This document shows, piece by piece, positions 22,798 through 34,639 of a DNA stretch of 38,964 nucleotides. Positions within the stretch are counted from its first letter, which is position 1; the number at the start of each line of letters is the position of its first letter. The notes under the pieces were generated by a model. The model searched no databases. It had not been told where the DNA came from and saw nothing but the letters and a program-made list of their open reading frames with translations. Made by a program: the position numbers and the translations under genes. The DNA is from Octopus bimaculoides (lineage: Eukaryota), in NCBI RefSeq assembly GCF_001194135.2, contig NC_068989.1, positions 34,491,272-34,530,235 of the forward strand, given 5' to 3'.

Positions 22798-23289
22798 CTA
22801 GTTGTGCAGAAGCAAAACACATTTTAAGAAATGGTCACTAAAACTGGGTAATTCATAAGTTTGTACATTCCAAAATGAAATCATTAAATATATATATGAT
22901 GCCAGAGAATTTTTATCAAACATTTGTCCATGTCTGCCCCATGTTTTTCTTTTAAAATTTTAAATATGTTTCACCAAATATAAATGTGGAAGATGAAACC
23001 ACAAATGAATCCTTTACATAGTCACTTCACCTGCTAAAAATAGTAAACAAATCTCCCTCAAATTACACTCTAAACTACACTATGTTTGGAAAATGACAGG
23101 ATGGTCATAGGTGGAATGTTATTAACCACAGGCCTTAGTCAGGACTGACTTGGAACTAAACAACAGCAATTATGGAGGGTTCTATAAAATAACATGTCTA
23201 ACAGCTGTGTCCAGATGATGGAAAAGAGAAAAATTGTGTTGTATAAAATTTAGAAAGCTATCAAAAATCATATATATCAATACTGAATA

Positions 23290-23850
23290 ACTGATAGCTT
23301 GCTACCAGAATGCACTATTGTGACATATGCTGATGGAGCTGTTTCTATTCTACACTCTGTCAGCTCTGGTATACCCCAAGGTTTAGTTTTAACTTTCAGT
23401 CTCTTCTTTATATACATCCATTTATTCTTACTATTTTTCAATCTTTGCTAACATTCCTCAACCATGCAATCTAGATACCACATGCCAAACATGAACTAAT
23501 TTCTTGAACAGAGATCTTGAAAGCAAATGCCCATGGGGGCATGATAATCTTTTTCTATTTTATTATATAAAAAAAAATCTAAGCACTACTTATATAAAAA
23601 AAAACATCATTGTATCATACCCCACTTAAACAACCAGAGCATTTTCACAATCACTTTAAATGTTAGGCCTCACTATTACCAAGGATTTCTCCAAGTGAAA
23701 GCATATCCTTAACATAACTAATGGCAGGTGAAACTATCTCAAACACTGACACTTTTCTTCAGAGCCAGAAAATACTTTAAACCCAAATGATTACTGACAT
23801 TCAACAAAGCTTAGATGAAACTCACAGTGAAGTATTGCTCCCACATCTTT
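23290..23850 (+). mobile_element. Degenerate CR1/L2-group LINE RT fragment (same type as 1420-2090)
   Basis: SVSSGIPQGLVLTFSLFFIYI (GVPQG motif) and LFRARKYFKPK*LLTFNKA..KYCSHI. Confidence 0.6.
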
Positions 23851-24689
23851 CTCTCTGCTTCATCACTCATGTTTTGTTCAACTTTCTCAGGCTCTCCATT
23901 AATCACTACCCCAAGCCCTTTCTCCCTAGAATGTCAGCTTCTAGCTCATGTTTTTCCTGCAGGTGTTGACAGTTAAGTGGAACATTAGCACCTCTTTGGT
24001 TTCAGTGGGCCTGCAAATCTATAAGTTGTGACTCATCCTTTTGCTTACAAACAGTAATGTCTATCTGTCTGTCCATCCATCCATTTATTTATTCCTGCTT
24101 ATATAGACTGTTGCAGTCCTTTGTCATCTCATTCATTAAGTTCAGTCTCTTGAGACCAGATTCCACTTCTCATGTTTTCTCCTACCACTGGTTCCTTCCA
24201 GTTGGACTTGGCACTTCTTTATCCAACAGTCATTCTTAACATCCATCAATCACCAGTCCACACTATTGCAGTTTTCTCTATTATATTCTACATTTTATTC
24301 CACTTATACCCAGCTTCTCTCTCAGTTCATTTCTGCTCTATCATTCATGCACACTTCATATTGCACATCCAGCAAAACACGCATGCTTCATTTATTTCTA
24401 GTTTTTATATATCTTCCACATTCACTATCCAAATCACTACTATACTTCATCACTAGTATTATGCTATCTATCATTTACTTGGACAGAAAATCTCATTTCC
24501 AACAAAGGTAAACGCTCTCAGAACTTTTTTCATTTGTTTTTTATTCTGGCTACCATATTTTCAGAACACCTTCTGCCACTGTTAATTAGGTCACCAAGAT
24601 AACATAAGCAACCATCTACTTCTAGGGAGCCCTCAGGGCATTTAAAAAAAAAATTGGTTCATGAATGCACATATTGTTTAACTACTCCT

Positions 24690-24909
24690 TTTTTTTTCTA
24701 CTCTAGGCACAAGGCCCGAAATTTTGGGGGAGAGGGCCAGTCGATTAGATCGACCCCAGTACGCAACTAGTACTTAATTTATCAACCCTGAAAGGATGAA
24801 AGGCAAAGTCAACCTCGGCGAAATTTGAACTCAGAACGTAAAGACAGATGAAATATCGCCAAACATTTCACTCAGCATGCTAACATTTCTGCCAGTTCGC
24901 TACCTGGCA
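24690..24909 (-). mobile_element. Well-preserved tRNA-derived SINE with 13-bp target-site duplication
   Basis: TTTAACTACTCCT at 24677-24689 and 24910-24922. Minus strand shows B-box-like TGAGTTCAAATT, central GTTGACTTTGCCTTTCATCCTTTCAGGGTTGATAAATTAAGTACTAG and an A-rich tail. Confidence 0.9.
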
Positions 24910-24929
24910 TTTAACTACTCCTGTGCCTC

Positions 24930-25345
24930 TACTAGATGTTTCTGTCAGTGTTACCCTACCTATGGTCTCAAGGGATCTGATGTACACCTAAAATTTACAT
25001 TGGCTAACACCATATAAAATCCCTATCTATTCCTTTTCTGCATATTGAGTCTGGCTACTTCCTGAATGGTAATAGAATCCTGCCATCTTCTATGCTAACT
25101 AAAACTTTAGTCTTTGTTAGGTTTGCTAGAAGACCTCTCAATTTATGGTTTTGTTTCTAATGTCTGGAATTTCTTCTCTAATTCATTAACAGACCCAGCT
25201 TTAAGAATTAGGTCATCAACATACAGAAATTATTCTGGACAGCTGGTCTTAAACTCCTCTGTTATGGTCTGGAGAACAATAATAAATGAAAGGGATTCAG
25301 AGACCAAGCCCTGATGGACACCTACTTGCATGCAAAATTTCTCAT
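24930..25345 (-). mobile_element. RTE LINE RT fragment
   Basis: VGVHQGLVSESLSFIIVLQTITEEFKTSCPE*FLYVDDLIL (GV.QG and YADD-type motifs) and ANLTKTKVLV...SICRKGI. Confidence 0.8.
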
Positions 25346-26461
25346 TGAACCCATTGCTAATCTTCACCTAGGTCATAGACACACACATATATTTGAATGT
25401 GTTTGTATCTGTCACATGTACACATGTAACAGCATGTTACATTCTGTTAATGTTTAAATAAATATTTAAAGATCTTTGTTAAACAATTCTTCAATGAAAG
25501 GAGGTGAATGGAGATTATATAAGATAAAAAGTAACAATTTTGTTTGAAGATATTAAAATATATTGAAAATCTAATTCAACTTCAAAAATATAATCTAAAA
25601 CATTTTTTAAAAACATTCTTAAAAACAAAAAAAAAAAATATGAATGTTTTGAGATACTGAATTTACTTTGAATTACTGGAAAGAGATAAAAAAGGAAAGG
25701 ACAACAGAAATGAGATATAGTATTTACAATCTTTGAAAAATATAGATCAGAAAATTGTTAATTTAGTGGTTATGTATAGGAAGAAGCTTATTTTAGGAAA
25801 TGTTTTGAAATTCTTAAATTATGTATTCTCTTTTATCATAAATTTATAATCCAAATTCTCTTAGCCATTAAGATTAAGTTATTTTAAACTATGTTTATTT
25901 GTATAAAACATGAAACAAGTATCCCTACATGATTTTGTTATATTTAAGCTTATCTGGGGTAATGGATGTTTTAGAATGTTCAAGTTTTACCAATATTCCT
26001 TCACTATCTTTTCTACTGAGGACTGCCAATCAATAACTTCTCACACTACTTTCAATTTCTATATCTGATAATATCATTAAAATCTAAGTTGGTGACTGCT
26101 TTTTAAATTAATTGCAACAATTATCTCTTATGCTTATTAAGCTCATTGATTTTTNNNNNNNNNNNNNNNNNNNNNNNNNNNNNNNNNNNNNNNNNNNNNN
26201 NNNNNNNNNNNNNNNNNNNNNNNNNNNNNNNNNNNNNNNNNNNNNNNNNNNNNNNNNNNNNNNNNNNNNNNNNNNNNNNNNNNNNNNNNNNNNNNNNNNN
26301 NNNNNNNNNNNNNNNNNNNNNNNNNNNNNNNNNNNNNNNNNNNNNNNNNNNNNNNNNNNNNNNNNNNNNNNNNNNNNNNNNNNNNNNNNNNNNNNNNNNN
26401 NNNNNNNNNNNNNNNNNNNNNNNNNNNNNNNNNNNNNNNNNNNNNNNNNTGAGTATTCCAG

Positions 26462-26743
26462 ATAATCTGATCAACAGAACAGCCTACTTATGAAATTAAC
26501 ATACAAGTGGCTGAACACTCCAGAGACACACATTCTTTTAACATAGTTCTCAGGGAGATTCAGCATGACACACCAAATGTGACAAGGTCATTCCATTGAA
26601 TTACAGGAACAACTAATTTTTGCCAGCTGAGTGGACCGAAGCAATGTGAAATAAAATGTTTTGTTCAAGGGCACAATGTGCCACTGGGAATTGAACTCAT
26701 GACCTTACAATTGTGAGCCAAATACCCCAAACCATTAGGCCAC
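26462..26743 (-). mobile_element. tRNA-headed SINE
   Basis: Minus strand GTGGCCTAATGG (A-box)...GGTCATGAGTTCAATTCCC (B-box)...GTGCCCTTGAACAAAACATTTTATTTCACATTGCTTCGGTCCACTCAGCTGGCAAAAATTAG, a typical conserved SINE body. Confidence 0.75.
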
Positions 26744-28599
26744 AGACCTCAAGCTACACACCTCTATCCAGCCTAACGATATAACCAAACAGCATGAGGT
26801 ATCAACCTAGTCAAAGACACAATTCTTTGAACTAACATTTTAACTAAGAAAAGTATAGTGGAGTTTTAGAACGAACTTCAGTGTGCATTTTGTTTTTTCT
26901 AGAAAGAAAAGAATTAGAAATTCAAATCATATTAAGGGAAGATAAAATCAGTAGCAAGAAAATTTTTTTTGATTAGAACAGACATGTCAATTGTCACTTA
27001 AAAGAAGAAACATTAATACTAAGTAAACTGCTTTGTCCTTTTAAACATGTCTTCAAAAATTTACCAAAATTCCATAGACCCATGAACAATTCTTAAAGTA
27101 ACAACTATCTACATGCTAGATTATAATCTAAACTTTGAAGCTGACTAAACCGATTTACCATGTTGTTGAAATAATTACCTTTGAATCATATTAGCAGAAA
27201 ATGTTTATTCTCAAGAGACTTTCCTTTCACACACACAAACAAGTTAAATGAGGTGAAGGAAAATAGAGTTAGCCACAAAAAATAAAGGCAAAAACTAAAA
27301 GGAATTATATATNNNNNNNNNNNNNNNNNNNTATATATATATATATATATATTAATAGTTATCACCAAGCTAACATGGCAGTTCAAAAAATAGGACGAAT
27401 GCTGCCGTTGATTAGCTCCAAGAGACCATTGCCTCTAGCTATGTGACACACGAACCAGTGTCCATTATAACCTTCGAACAGAGAAGGTCAGCTGCTTTCC
27501 CTTGCTGGTCTAGCATCTACAGACTAGTTTCAGGGTGTTTGCCCCTTATCAATGTAGAGCAGCTGAACCCAGCAGGCATATAATATATAACATATAGCTT
27601 GTAGTTGAGTTGGATCAGACAAAACAAAAGAATTCATAAAGATATAACAAATATGAAATCTATGATTTTATGGTACCTATCACATGTTTTATTATTTTTC
27701 CATCCCTTAGAGACTGATAAAACAGATAACTGACCAGGATAACAAAATTCATTTGAAACTTGAACTGCCAAAACTGACTTAACAGCAAGAAATCAGAATC
27801 CTGCTACAATAACTGCTGGACAGCAAATTTTTCATGGTCTAGCATTTTAATTAGGAAATAGACTTACTCAAAATACAAAAAAATCTGGAATAAAATTCTA
27901 GCCGTATCATTAACCTTAATTTGAATAAAATAAAACATGCATAGTAATATTTATTCAATATGTAGGAATAATGAGAACATTTTGTCTAAAAGATCAATGC
28001 ATGCAAACAATTCATACATATTGGTCAAATAAGATTTAGTTATTGATTTAGTTGTTATTTAAAAAAGCAGAATTAAAACTGAGAAATATAAGATGCGAAA
28101 TGATAATTCAGAAAATTGTTAGAAGGTTAGAGACTAAAGTAATTCAAAGTTTATTAAATGTGTGAGAAAGTGAAGAAAGGAAGAACTGAACAAAAGATGC
28201 AAACACTGTGTAGCTACATGTATACACAGATGCAAGACACAGGTAAATCAAATGATGAAGGTAGACTAAGAATACAAAAATAACAATTTCAGTACCAGGA
28301 TTTGGGTCAGTTTACAATAAATATTTGGAAATCTATGGAAATTAAAATTATCATAAACTAAAGTTATTTCAAAATTTCAGGAAAACAATCACTGAATAAA
28401 AGATAATAGCAACATGATAGGAAGATATGAACATCTGATAATATTTAGAATATTTAGATATTGGTGTCTACTTTTGGGAGGTTCTGAGGTATATATATTT
28501 TTGTATGCTTATAAACTAATATGTAACTATCTGCTACATACTAGATAGGTGGCTTTAATGAGCTTTCAGAGACCAAATGGTTAATTATAATTGTTGTTG

Positions 28600-28613
28600 T
28601 TGGTGGTGGTGGT

Positions 28614-28656
<43 letters not shown>

Positions 28657-28697
28657 GCGTGCGTGCGTGCGTGCGCATATATATATGTATACACACA
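28600..28697. repeat. (GGT)n-(TG)n-(TGCG)n compound microsatellite
   Basis: Seen directly. Confidence 0.9.
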
Positions 28698-28860
28698 CAT
28701 CATTGTTTTAACATCCAATTTTCCTTGCCTGCATAGGTCAGATGGAATTCATTGAGGTGGATTTTTTCCAACCAGATACCCTTCCTCTTGCCAACCCTCA
28801 TCTGTTTCCAAACAAAGTAATAATCCTCTAGTCCATCATACAATGAAACAAAGAACATAT
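28698..28860 (-). mobile_element. Degenerate RTE-type 3' end repeat (family of 38750-38964)
   Basis: CATCATTGTTTTAACATCCAATTTTCCTTGCCTGCATAGGTCAGA...CCAGATACCCTTCCTCTTGCCAACC. Confidence 0.6.
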
Positions 28861-29316
28861 ACAATAAGAAGCTACAGCAACTAGAATATAATGGGAGATG
28901 TGCCACAGGCAACTCACTAAACTAAAATATCAAGAACTGAATCCAGAAATTTATTAGCTTAACTCTAAATATAATCTTAGAGCAATGATACAGTAGAAAG
29001 GCTTCTCTGGTGCATTTAAAAGCATATGATCAGGAGATTAAAAATTCAAGGCCAAAATGAAGGAAAAAAAAAGGAAGGATATTGATTAAAGCTCTGAGTA
29101 TAACATTCATGAATTTGTGATTGAACAATATGGTGGTAAATCCTCAGAGAATCTGTCTTCAAGTTTAGATTCACACAATACTCTAAAGTTGTTAAGAAAC
29201 ATTAATATCCACCCCCTCTGTAAATTTAAATGTACCAAGATCTTTCCAAGATATTAATAAACAATGGGAGCAAATTGTATTCTTCTGGGTGGGAAATACC
29301 ATTATAAATAAATGTA

Positions 29317-30577
29317 TCAGGTCATCCCATAAGTTCTGTCCGATTTTACCTTTTTTAAAATTGAATGAAATTTTATAGTATTTTAGAATGTCTAATGGAA
29401 TTAAAAATTATATTTATGCATTTGTGTACATTTAAACTAATTAAATATTATTTTACAGAATAATAGAATTTAAATTTCTTTGATTAAAACCCTTTCTAAC
29501 ATAGAAGTATCCAAAGAGCATTTGAGGCACATAATGCTTTATGGGTATAAAAAAGGAAACTCTGCAGCTGAAGCGACACAAAACAAACACTCAGTTTATG
29601 AGAAAGAATGCTTGAATGAAAGAACTTGCAGAAAATGGTTTGCAAAATTCAGAAGTGGAGATTTCAACCTTGAAGATGAAGATCAAACAGGACGTCCAGT
29701 TGAGTTTGATGATAAGCTCCTTGGGGTATTACTTGAAGAAAATCCTGCATTATCAGTTGAAGAATTGGCAATAAAGCTTAGTTCAAACCATACAAATGTT
29801 CATCGTCATCTTCAACAACTCGGAAAGGTTCCTAAACTTGGAAAATGGGTGCCTCATGAATTGTCCGAAAGCAACCGCAAACTCTGAGTTGACATCTGCT
29901 CTTCTCTCCATTCTCGCAAACTCATTNNNNNNNNNNNNNNNNNNNNNNNNNNNNNNNNNNNNNNNNNNNNNNNNNNNNNNNNNNNNNNNNNNNNNNNNNN
30001 NNNNNNNNNNNNNNNNNNNNNNNNNNNNNNNNNNNNNNNNNNNNNNNNNNNNNNNNNNNNNNNNNNNNNNNNNNNNNNNNNNNNNNNNNNNNNNNNNNNN
30101 NNNNNNNNNNNNNNNNNNNNNNNNNNNNNNNNNNNNNNNNNNNNNNNNNNNNNNNNNNNNNNNNNNNNNNNNNNNNNNNNNNNNNNNNNNNNNNNNNNNN
30201 NNNNNNNNNNNNNNNNNNNNNNNNNNNNNNNNNNNNNNNNNNNNNNNNNNNNNNAAGAGCTTGGTTGGGAAAAAATTCCTCATCCACCTTATTCTCCTGA
30301 CCTTGCTCCTTCAGACTACCATTTGTTTTGTAGTTTACAGAATCATTTGGGGGACATAACTTTCGCAAGCCAGGAGGAGGTCGAAACTGACATTTCAGAG
30401 TTCTTCACTTTGAAACCAAAAGAGTTTTACATTGATGGGATTAAAAAGCTAGTAAATAGATGGAAGGAAGTCATAGATAATCAGGGAAAGTACATTGATT
30501 AAATTTCAATTAAATATAACATTTGATCACCTGTTTTCTTTATTCAAAATTTGGACAGAACTTATGGGATGACCTGA
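29317..30577 (+). mobile_element. Near full-length mariner (DD34D) element, 1261 bp including a 328-N gap; transposase has an ATA in place of the start codon and an in-frame stop
   Basis: Perfect 25-bp TIRs TCAGGTCATCCCATAAGTTCTGTCC (29317-29341) and GGACAGAACTTATGGGATGACCTGA (30553-30577), TA both sides. Protein: EVSKEHLRHIMLY...WFAKFRSGDFNLED..TGRP...GKWVPHELS (WVPHEL) and HPPYSPDLAPSDYHLF...GKYID* (YSPDL). Confidence 0.95.
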
Positions 30578-30929
30578 TAGATAACATAAAGTTTACAGCA
30601 AAGGAATAGGGAAAGATTCAGCTCACTTCTGGTAAGTATTCTCTATTGATCATACACCAGAATATAAATACAATACAGCAAAGAAAGAGATCAAAGAGAG
30701 GCACTGTACATAATGATCAAGTAATATAAAATAAACCAAAACATCTGAAGGAAATAAGTCAACAGTAACAAATAGTGGGGTATAAACAGTCTAAAAAGTG
30801 AAATGAATTAGGTTGATGTGAACAAGAGGATAAGTCTGGCATTAACCTTTTGTTAATAATCTAGGTTGTGGAAATCGGCCCAATTACATTCTACGCAAAA
30901 GAAAAAAACATAGTAAAAAATTATTAAAT

Positions 30930-31120
30930 TCATTTCCTAATCTAAAGATGAATAGGGAAACCAACTTGCCTTGTCTAATACCATAACCTGATCCTTAGGT
31001 ACCTTTAGCAAAGACCACTCTGTTATAAGAAATTGGGCAGGCCTCTTGTTGGAGGATACTTTCATCCATCGGTTATGAAAGCCATGAAGAAAGCTATGGG
31101 TGCTATGTTTCTTCCCATGA
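30930..31120 (-). mobile_element. Possible L1-clade RT remnant
   Basis: Minus-strand GFHNRWMKV and YGIRQGKLVSLFIF resemble GF...WI.WI and GIRQGDPLSP.LF motifs; heavily broken. Confidence 0.35.
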
Positions 31121-31356
31121 CTAAACTATTATATAAAGAATATAGTTTCAAAAAGATCATCACATCTAATGAAGCCAGATTCTGTTAAATATACCCAAGA
31201 TATCATAAAGGCAACGAAATTAATCAGGTCGAGAGGCTAAAAATCATATATAGACAATTCACAGAATTTCAATGACAAAGAATCTCAATCTCTATTCACT
31301 AGTTCTTCCAATTCTTCATAAATATTGCACAGATGAACGAAGACCGACACTAATGC

Positions 31357-31557
31357 TTCTTTCTACTAAAGGCACAAGGCCTGAAATTTTGCAGGAGGAG
31401 ACTAATCAATTATATTGACCCAGTGTTTCATTTGTACTTGTTTTATCGACCCTGAAAGGATGAAAGGCAAAGTCAACCTCGGCAGAATTTGAACTCAGAA
31501 TGTAGCAGCAGATGGAATACTGCTAAGCATTTCACCCAGTGTGCTAACAATTCTGCT
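31357..31557 (-). mobile_element. tRNA-derived SINE (24690 family)
   Basis: Near-consensus ATCGACCCTGAAAGGATGAAAGGCAAAGTCAACCTCGGCAGAATTTGAACTCAGAA. Confidence 0.85.
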
Positions 31558-31560
31558 TTA

Positions 31561-31635
<75 letters not shown>

Positions 31636-31764
31636 AAGAAGAAGAAGAAGAAGAAGAAGAAGAAGAAGAAGAAGAAGAAGAAGAAGAAGAAGAAGAAGAA
31701 GAAGAAGAAGAAGAAGAAGAAGAAGAAGAAGAAGAAGAAGAAGAAGAACAACAACAACAACAAC
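31561..31764. repeat. Compound trinucleotide microsatellite (AAT)15(AAG)47(AAC)6
   Basis: Counted directly: AAT 31561-31605, AAG 31606-31746, AAC 31747-31764. Confidence 0.95.
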
Positions 31765-31767
31765 AAT

Positions 31768-31977
31768 CCTTTCTACTAAAGGCACAAGGCCTGAAATTTG
31801 GGTGAATGGGATAGTCAATTATATCGACCCCAGTACTTGACCGGTACTTAATTTATTGACTCTGAAAAGCTGAAAGACAAAGTCGACCTCATTGAAATTT
31901 GAATTCAGAATGTAGCAACAGGCAAAATACTGCTAGGCATTTCATCCAGCGTGCTTGCAATTCTGCCAGCTTGCCGC
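31768..31977 (-). mobile_element. tRNA-derived SINE (24690 family), tandem to 31357-31557
   Basis: CCTTTCTACTAAAGGCACAAGGCCTGAAATTTG...ATCGACCCCAGTACTTGACCGGTACT...ATTTGAATTCAGAATGTAGC...CTGCCAGCTTGCCGC. Confidence 0.85.
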
Positions 31978-31992
31978 AGCAGCAGCAGTGGC

Positions 31993-32023
<31 letters not shown>

Positions 32024-32492
32024 AACCGTACAAAAGTAATCAGGCAATGAAATGCTTATAACTAAATTCACAACATGGTTTACAGTAAAATTTTCCTTCA
32101 TCTCCTTTTACATGGTAAATCAATATATTTAAAACAGTACAATAGGATTTCTATAAATTTGGCACTATGTCTTTAAAGTACCTAAATGTTAACAACATGA
32201 AAAAACTATATTTTAAAATCTTATTAATTTAGTATTAGTTTGACTAAACATTAAAAGCAAGTAAATATATGATGTAAGAAAGGAAGTTGATAAAGAGAGA
32301 AAGAAAATACTGAGAGAATGCAGACAAATAGACAGACAGAAAGAGAGAAAGAAAGAGAGAAAGAAAAAGAGAAAGAAATAGAGAAAGAAAGACAGACAGA
32401 CAGATAAAAAGTGGTTAGCTGCAGAGACTATCATGAAAGAAAGACTTAACAATTGATGTAAGTTAGTGGTGTGTTTAGTAAAACTTGTTCAC

Positions 32493-32615
32493 CTCCTCAG
32501 GCTCCTGGCCAGAATAGTGGAGGGTGTCTTCTGGATTTTCAGCCGCATAGATGATGGCATCTTGGTCGTGGTTTACCAAATCTCCACTCTGAACTGACAG
32601 CTGCTGGTGTTCAAA
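32493..32615 (-). CDS. ATP6V0A1: V-ATPase V0 subunit a exon, 123 nt, variable cytosolic loop: FEHQQLSVQSGDLVNHDQDAIIYAAENPEDTLHYSGQEPEE
   Basis: Acceptor ttggttcctacag|TTT, donor GAG|gtgaac, phase 0-0, GC-rich island, open frame; D.D.II and acidic end resemble the a1 loop (EDAEIIQHDQL...DE) preceding FDF..HQAIH. Confidence 0.8.
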
Positions 32616-33518
32616 CTGTAGGAACCAACCAAGCCATTAATAGCAGAAGAAAAACATATGCAGCAATGAAAATTAGGGAAAGAAAATGGAGAAGATTTTT
32701 GTGGCACATCAATTCTGTTGAAGGAAATTTTTTTTTTGCTCAGAAAATACAAACATTAGGAATCAAGTCAGATCTCTGTGTAAAAAGGTAAAATCTGGAA
32801 TCCAACAAAATTACTGAAGATATCTGAGTGTATGTATATAACTGTGTATCTATAGACACCTGTATGTGAATATACATATGTATACATAAATTTATATATA
32901 CATACATGTGTCTGTATGTATGTGCATATATATATATAAAAAAATATATATATATATATATACACACCACACAAACACACGTGTATGTGTACATATAATA
33001 GGAGTTTAGAAAAGTAGACTGATTAGAATTAAAAATTCATGACAACAGAAAAACAAAAATAACTTAATATACTATAATAACTAATAATAAATAATAAGTA
33101 GAAAAATTTGGCTAAAAAGAGACAAAACTATACAATGTGAAATAAAATGGATGCAATTAACATTTCGGCAACAAAACAAAAAAAGAAAGAGGCTAAAATA
33201 CAAGTGCTTAAATTGAAATCATCAAGAAAGTAACCTGAAAGTTAGAAAAATTAATTATTTAACAAAGGTTAAAATATTGGAAAAACTACAAAAGAAATTT
33301 AAAACAAAAAAAAAAAAAGGAATTATAAAAACAAAAGAAAATAAGAAATATTAAAATAAACGCTAATTTTAAAGGTATTTCTATGACAGCAATGAAATAT
33401 ATTTCTAGCAAAAAGTTTGGGAAATGAAACAAAAAATAACATATTTGTAAAAGAAATGTAGTTTAGTTGAACTGTCTTTCCTCACTGTTTCTTCATGGGC
33501 AAAGATCTATTTGGTTAA

Positions 33519-33712
33519 CCCTTTGAACTTGCAAGTACAATTTAGCAGGTGCAATTTCAGCTGATTTATAGCCTGGGAAGACAGAAAGCATGTAGCCATA
33601 TGGTTTTGTGTTTACAGATCACTAACTGGCAAAAACACTGTTATTTTCAGCTGTAAACACAAAACCATGTAGTCACCCACTTTTCCATCTGCTAACTCAT
33701 GGGTTCAAAGGG
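33519..33712. mobile_element. piggyBac-like MITE, 194 bp
   Basis: TTAA|CCCTTTGAAC...GTTCAAAGGG|TTAA: perfect 10-bp TIR, CCC/GGG ends and TTAA duplication (33515-33518, 33713-33716). Confidence 0.8.
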
Positions 33713-33855
33713 TTAAAATCTAACCAAGAGAAGAAAGTAAAGGATACATCATCACCATTACTGATATAGTTTAGTTTTAAAAAAAAATATAGCTTTGCTG
33801 GGAGTAATAAAAATGTTTTGTATAATGTTATGATAACCAATACCATCATTTTTAA

Positions 33856-34037
33856 CCCTTTTGATACCAACTTACTTGAAATCATCTCTGGTTCTACGAC
33901 ACAAAAAACTTTCCACCAGATTTTCAAGTCAAGTTTGTTCCAAATACCAGCTTAATAATATCAAAAGTACTTTTCTAAGTTCTTTGTTAATTTAAAAACT
34001 GAAACAGTATTTCCACAAACATATGGTAAAAGAAAGA
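33856..34037. mobile_element. Second, more degenerate TTAA-type MITE
   Basis: TTAA|CCCTTTTGATACC left end; only a degenerate right end (AAAGATTAA). Confidence 0.35.
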
Positions 34038-34639
34038 TTAATAACCATAAACTCTAAATGAAAAGGTAGCAAAATTGGCTGAACATGGTACAGAGCCCAA
34101 TGAGATGATCTGTCTGAAATAATTCATCAATATACTGAGGCTCCTAGTAATGAAACTTGTTTTCCCTACTTCTGGGTGTGAATGAAATAAATAACAAGCT
34201 AATGAGCTGGATGAATTCTCTTAAATATACACTTTAGCTTACAAAATATTGCTTGTTTCTGTTGTTTTGTGTTTTTATCAAGTTAAGGAGTTTATATTTT
34301 TTTCCATTAAATATTCCTTGGAGTTATTTTTCACATATAGAGAACGAAATGAACATGAAAATATATCCAATTTATAAAATTAATCTAAAGAGAACCTCAC
34401 TAACAATAACCATCAGCAAACTATAAGGAAACTTTTCATTAATTTGGATTATTTTCTATGACATGGAGAGAAGTGGAATATTTCAGCTGAAAAATCTCTT
34501 TCTCCACAGACAGATTCCTCTTCTATCCATGGTAAACAAACTTATCTGAAGTATCATAAACTTTAACAAATAATTCTTGCCAACATAAACCACCACTAAC
34601 TTCCTCAGCTTCTGTTTTTTTTTACATAGATTCCATTGT

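Noticed and set aside
31473-31818. Poly-Lys, poly-Phe and poly-Leu ORFs
   Set aside because: Translations of the trinucleotide microsatellite.
34440-34560. CLPW peptide suggesting the missing upstream CVPWML exon of subunit a
   Set aside because: No following hydrophobic or KP motif, early stop, and the DNA resembles a decayed RTE-tail repeat; the true exon is probably outside the window or in a gap.
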